From: a virus | Virus record (IMG/VR): IMGVR_UViG_3300050016_000032 | Coordinates: 1 to 44,493 of that record | Strand: one strand, 5' to 3' | DNA: 44,493 nt | Shown: piece by piece, positions 42,012 to 44,493 of the stretch | How the letters are laid out: each line of letters begins with the position of its first letter | How positions within the stretch are numbered: position 1 is the first letter of the stretch | Position numbers and translations under genes: made by a program | Notes under the pieces: model-generated | The model's database searches: none | What the model was told of the DNA's origin: nothing | The model's input: the letters and a program-made list of their open reading frames with translations, nothing else

Positions 42012-42341
42012 TTAGAACGTAAGAGCTTCCCATTGCTCGCGCGACATGCGGACGACCTCGCCATCGCCATAGCGATACACGATAACGTCGAGGTCGAGCG
42101 CCTTGGCTACGTCCGCGGCAATCTCCTGAATGCCTGGCGCGCCGTTGTCGATGACGGTAAACAGTTTGAACGCTTCATGCACGGTGCGGCCATTGCTATC
42201 AACCGACCATTGCTCGCTGTCGGTCACGTACACGGGCCCGAACGCACCAATCAGCCGATCGGTCAGAGCCTTGCGATAAATCTCCGTAGCCTTGCCGGCC
42301 CGGTCACGCAAGGGTACATAAATTTTGGCTTCACGTAGCAT
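42012..42341 (-). CDS. Hypothetical early protein (109 aa)
   Basis: ORF trimmed to the ATG at 42341 with SD GAGGAAA. Confidence 0.6.
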   Translation of the reverse strand: MLREAKIYVPLRDRAGKATEIYRKALTDRLIGAFGPVYVTDSEQWSVDSNGRTVHEAFKLFTVIDNGAPGIQEIAADVAKALDLDVIVYRYGDGEVVRMSREQWEALTF

Positions 42342-42546
42342 CGGATTGTTTCCTCGGGTTAATGCCAGAAATTGCGAACACGCGAAGGTCTTCCCATAGG
42401 CCAAACGCCGCGAGCCAAGGGGTTTCGAAAATTTCCCCGCGGTTGAATTTTTGCGCCATTGCCTTTTCGTGACTGTTGGCCGCACCGACCAAACGGGCCG
42501 CTTGCGATTGGGTTAACGTGTTCCAGTCGATTGACGCGAGCTGCAT
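42331..42546 (-). CDS. Hypothetical small protein (71 aa), possibly DNA-binding
   Basis: ATG at 42546 lies 5 nt after GGAGAA. The N-terminus WNTLTQSQAARLVGAAN looks helix-turn-helix-like (weak). Confidence 0.5.
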   Translation of the reverse strand: MQLASIDWNTLTQSQAARLVGAANSHEKAMAQKFNRGEIFETPWLAAFGLWEDLRVFAISGINPRKQSDAT

Positions 42547-42561
42547 GAGGTTCTCCAAGGC

Positions 42562-42616
42562 GTTTAGCGTTCATTCCTTAGCACGGCCGGTTGACCATGC
42601 CAAGGCAGGAAAGCTA
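42562..42616 (-). repeat. Intergenic bipartite hairpin element, family A, copy 1
   Basis: 55/55 identical to 40726-40780. Upper stem ccttagcacgg / ccatgccaagg. Confidence 0.85.
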
Positions 42617-42657
42617 AGGTTTGGAGGGCGCTAGAGTGTCCTTCGCCCGTTGATAGG

Positions 42658-42924
42658 CTAAATCAGCCGGCCAATGCCGTCTGCTTTTATCGTGACCGTC
42701 TTTCCGCTAACGTCGAGTTTGACGCGGATACCGCTTGCAAATTCAGGCTGGCAAACATGCCATGGGTTAGTGTCGCGCTTGAAGCGGTCAACATACAGGG
42801 ATTTGCGAACGAAGCGCACTACAGTCCCAAAACGGTCACCCATCATCCAACGATCAAGATGCGGCGCGATCTCAATGCGCGTGCCAACGCTGCAAACCGA
42901 TACGGTGCTAAATGGTCCGAACAT
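42658..42924 (-). CDS. Hypothetical early protein (88 aa)
   Basis: SD GGAGAAA upstream. No family recognised. Confidence 0.55.
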   Translation of the reverse strand: MFGPFSTVSVCSVGTRIEIAPHLDRWMMGDRFGTVVRFVRKSLYVDRFKRDTNPWHVCQPEFASGIRVKLDVSGKTVTIKADGIGRLI

Positions 42925-43009
42925 TTGGTTTCTCCGGTTTTCGGGCTCATTAGAAGCCCCTACAGTCGTTTCGTGGGAGTGTCGGCTAGGTAGGTCACCC
43001 CTCGCTTTT

Positions 43010-43062
43010 GGGCTTAGGCTTCATTGCCGCGCAACGCCACTTGCGCGGTGTATGAAGGCTAA
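43010..43062 (-). repeat. Intergenic bipartite hairpin element, family B, copy 1
   Basis: 53 nt, 51/53 identical to 43535-43587. Inner stem ccgcgcaa / ttgcgcgg. Outer stem aggcttcat / atgaaggct (read on the + strand; one mismatch). It contains the TAG stop of gene 43059..43514. Confidence 0.85.
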
Positions 43063-43514
43063 ACGATGGACCAAATCTCGGTAAGCGTGCCGTTGTCGGC
43101 AACGTAGAACGTGGCGTTGCCATGATCGTTGACGTGCAAGACCTCGCCTTGAAAGTCGGCAGGAATTTCGCTGGTGTCATTGACCATCAACACACCAGCG
43201 AAATTCATCATCTGTTGAAAATCCGGCATGAGCCAAAAACCAAAATCCGCGCCGTCGCCTTCATGCGTGCCAAAATAGCCATAGGCCGGCGCATACTCGT
43301 TCAAGGCGTCTTGCAGGCCATTGACCAATTCGCTGGCGGTCTCCCGATCGTCTGGCGTGGCGTTGTCGAGCATCCTGTCCGCCTCATCAACCAATTTGCG
43401 GTGATAACGTTGCGCACCGCAGAGCAAGGCGAGCTCGCCACTGAACGCTTCAATTAAATCCTCATCCAGCAGCGTACCAGTGGAAATGCTGCCAATCGTT
43501 GCCTTGTATGTCAT
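43059..43514 (-). CDS. Acidic early protein (151 aa)
   Basis: Asp/Glu-rich. Second gene from the early promoter. SD GGAGAAAAA. Confidence 0.6.
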   Translation of the reverse strand: MTYKATIGSISTGTLLDEDLIEAFSGELALLCGAQRYHRKLVDEADRMLDNATPDDRETASELVNGLQDALNEYAPAYGYFGTHEGDGADFGFWLMPDFQQMMNFAGVLMVNDTSEIPADFQGEVLHVNDHGNATFYVADNGTLTEIWSIV

Positions 43515-43534
43515 CTGATTTTTCTCCAGTTTTC

Positions 43535-43587
43535 GGGCTTAGGCTTCATTGCCGCGCAACGCTACTCGCGCGGTGTATGAAGGCTAA
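43535..43587 (-). repeat. Intergenic bipartite hairpin element, family B, copy 2
   Basis: See copy 1. It contains the TAG stop of gene 43584..44012 and is followed directly by the next RBS. Confidence 0.85.
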
Positions 43588-44012
43588 CTTTCGGCCGGTA
43601 CTAAGGCTAGGACGTCCGCTGAGAAAGCGGCGATTAGGTTCTCATAAACTGGCCGGCCGTCGCGTGGCTCATCCTCCGGGAAGATTTCGACAATCATCCA
43701 AGCGCCGTTGCCATCCGACCAGTTGCGGCCATCTTCAGCGTCTTCGCTTTCACTCCACGGCAATTCAGGATACTCGCCGTCGGCTGTGTCTTCGCAAGGC
43801 GGGTCATAGAAGATAGCGGAAATGCAATATTCCGCCTCGCCATCAATTTCGATGTTGCGCAATGCCCATGCTTGGCCGGCGCCTTCCTTCATTTGACTGA
43901 CTGCGGCGAGCTTTGCCAAACGCCACGGCTGATCGGTGTTTACGTAGTAGCTCGCGAACATGTGGCTTACACCATCGTTACCATTGCCACTGGATATCCC
44001 GTAAAGTGTCAT
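43584..44012 (-). CDS. Highly acidic early protein (142 aa), first gene of the early operon
   Basis: SD GGAGAAAAA. Long acidic stretches (PPCEDTADGEYPELPWSESEDAEDG, EIFPEDEPRDG). Confidence 0.6.
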   Translation of the reverse strand: MTLYGISSGNGNDGVSHMFASYYVNTDQPWRLAKLAAVSQMKEGAGQAWALRNIEIDGEAEYCISAIFYDPPCEDTADGEYPELPWSESEDAEDGRNWSDGNGAWMIVEIFPEDEPRDGRPVYENLIAAFSADVLALVPAES

Positions 44013-44059
44013 TTTGATTTTTTCTCCAGGTTTAGGACTTGTCTTAATCGCTTGCGTCT

Positions 44060-44103
44060 GTGCATCACCTCTCGTGCCAACCGAGGACGGTGGCGAGATG
44101 CAC
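44060..44103 (-). other. Structured 5' leader hairpin of the early transcript
   Basis: Nested complementary blocks on the minus strand: GTGCATC/GATGCAC, TCG/CGA, CCA/TGG, CCG/CGG with small bulges. Lies between the early promoter and the first RBS. Confidence 0.4.
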
Positions 44104-44114
44104 TAACGCTTGCG

Positions 44115-44143
44115 ATAATAGCAGTCCTAACGCGGCTTGTAAA
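44115..44143 (-). promoter_or_regulatory. Strong sigma70-type early promoter (leftward)
   Basis: The minus strand reads TTTACA, 17-nt spacer, TATTAT (5/6 and 5/6 to consensus), about 100 nt upstream of the first early gene. Confidence 0.55.
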
Positions 44144-44394
44144 GGGTAGAACAGGATAATTCGTATTCTGGCCTATCACAGTTGCGTTACCGCGCACCTC
44201 ACCTATGCGTTAAAACGGCTTTGCGTTCCATAATCCCACGCACCTCGTGGCTGGGATTTGCTCGGGTGTGGTAGCCTGTTACCATGGCCTATGATGATCG
44301 TCATAACCCCGCTTTGACAATCGTTCGCAACATTGCTGGCCTATGTGTGCTCATCTTGAGCATATATCGCCGCGCGCTTGCCCATGCGGTCTAC

Positions 44395-44493
44395 CAGGTG
44401 CGATTGATAATCATTCTCAATTTGGATGGTCAGATGAGAATGGTTCGCAACAAAGATACCAGGTGCGATTGATAATCATTCTCAATTTGGATG
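44395..44493. repeat. Terminal redundancy: nt 44395-44493 are identical to nt 1-99 (one full 65-bp unit plus 34 nt)
   Basis: Base-by-base comparison of the two ends. Consistent with a circular or circularly permuted assembly overlap, or a short direct terminal repeat. Confidence 0.95.

Noticed and set aside
42359-42574. 71-aa minus-strand ORF starting at the ATG inside hairpin element A (ATGAACGCTAAAC...)
   Set aside because: The ATG is part of the conserved hairpin flank. The ORF is out of frame with, and fully overlaps, two better-supported genes (42331..42546 and 42012..42341) that have GGAGAA-type RBSs. The product is Arg/Gly/Pro-rich.
44284-44472. 62-aa + strand ORF running into the terminal repeat, and its counterpart 69..257
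   Set aside because: There is no SD. Most of the reading frame is the repeat itself, and it lies in the divergent promoter region. It is more plausibly non-coding.
1-44493. Signs of lysogeny (integrase, repressor, attP), tRNA genes, or a phage single-subunit RNA polymerase
   Set aside because: I recognised no such ORF, cloverleaf or motif in any frame. Absence is based on visual inspection only and should be confirmed with tRNAscan-SE and profile searches.

Overview
The window reads as one closed dsDNA phage genome. Its last 99 nt are identical to its first 99 nt, so the unique length is about 44,394 bp. GC content looks to be roughly 60% by eye. No integrase, repressor or phage RNA polymerase is recognisable. 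Nt 289-25651 (+) form a virion/lysis block with a T7-like podovirus gene order: terS, terL, a membrane-protein/GH19 lysis cluster, portal, scaffold, major capsid, six extra beta-rich structural genes, gp11-like adaptor, gp12-like nozzle, three internal virion proteins (one with a tail-lysozyme domain), tail fibre and a holin-like protein. Nt 44012-25563 (-) form an early and replication block of tightly coupled genes, many with ATGA, GTGA or TTGA start/stop overlaps. It holds about 15 small early ORFs, including a GcrA-like regulator (pointing to an alphaproteobacterial host) and an Ala/Tyr/Arg low-complexity repeat protein. It also holds an SNF2 helicase, a DUF2800 nuclease, a DUF2815 SSB, a proofreading family-A DNA polymerase, an Hjc-like resolvase and a terminal cluster of nucleotide-pool enzymes. 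A Prim-Pol/helicase gene is inverted (+) inside this block. The most interesting non-coding signals are listed here. (1) A 65-bp tandem repeat carries Fur-box-like palindromes at the early/late junction. (2) A 20/22-identical box lies just downstream of two sigma70-like late promoters. (3) Two families of bipartite intergenic hairpins begin at TAG stop codons, and their variants pair as G:U only in the minus-strand transcript. (4) A G-quadruplex motif lies next to the terminal repeat. All family assignments come from motifs I recognise by eye. No database search, folding or statistics were run.
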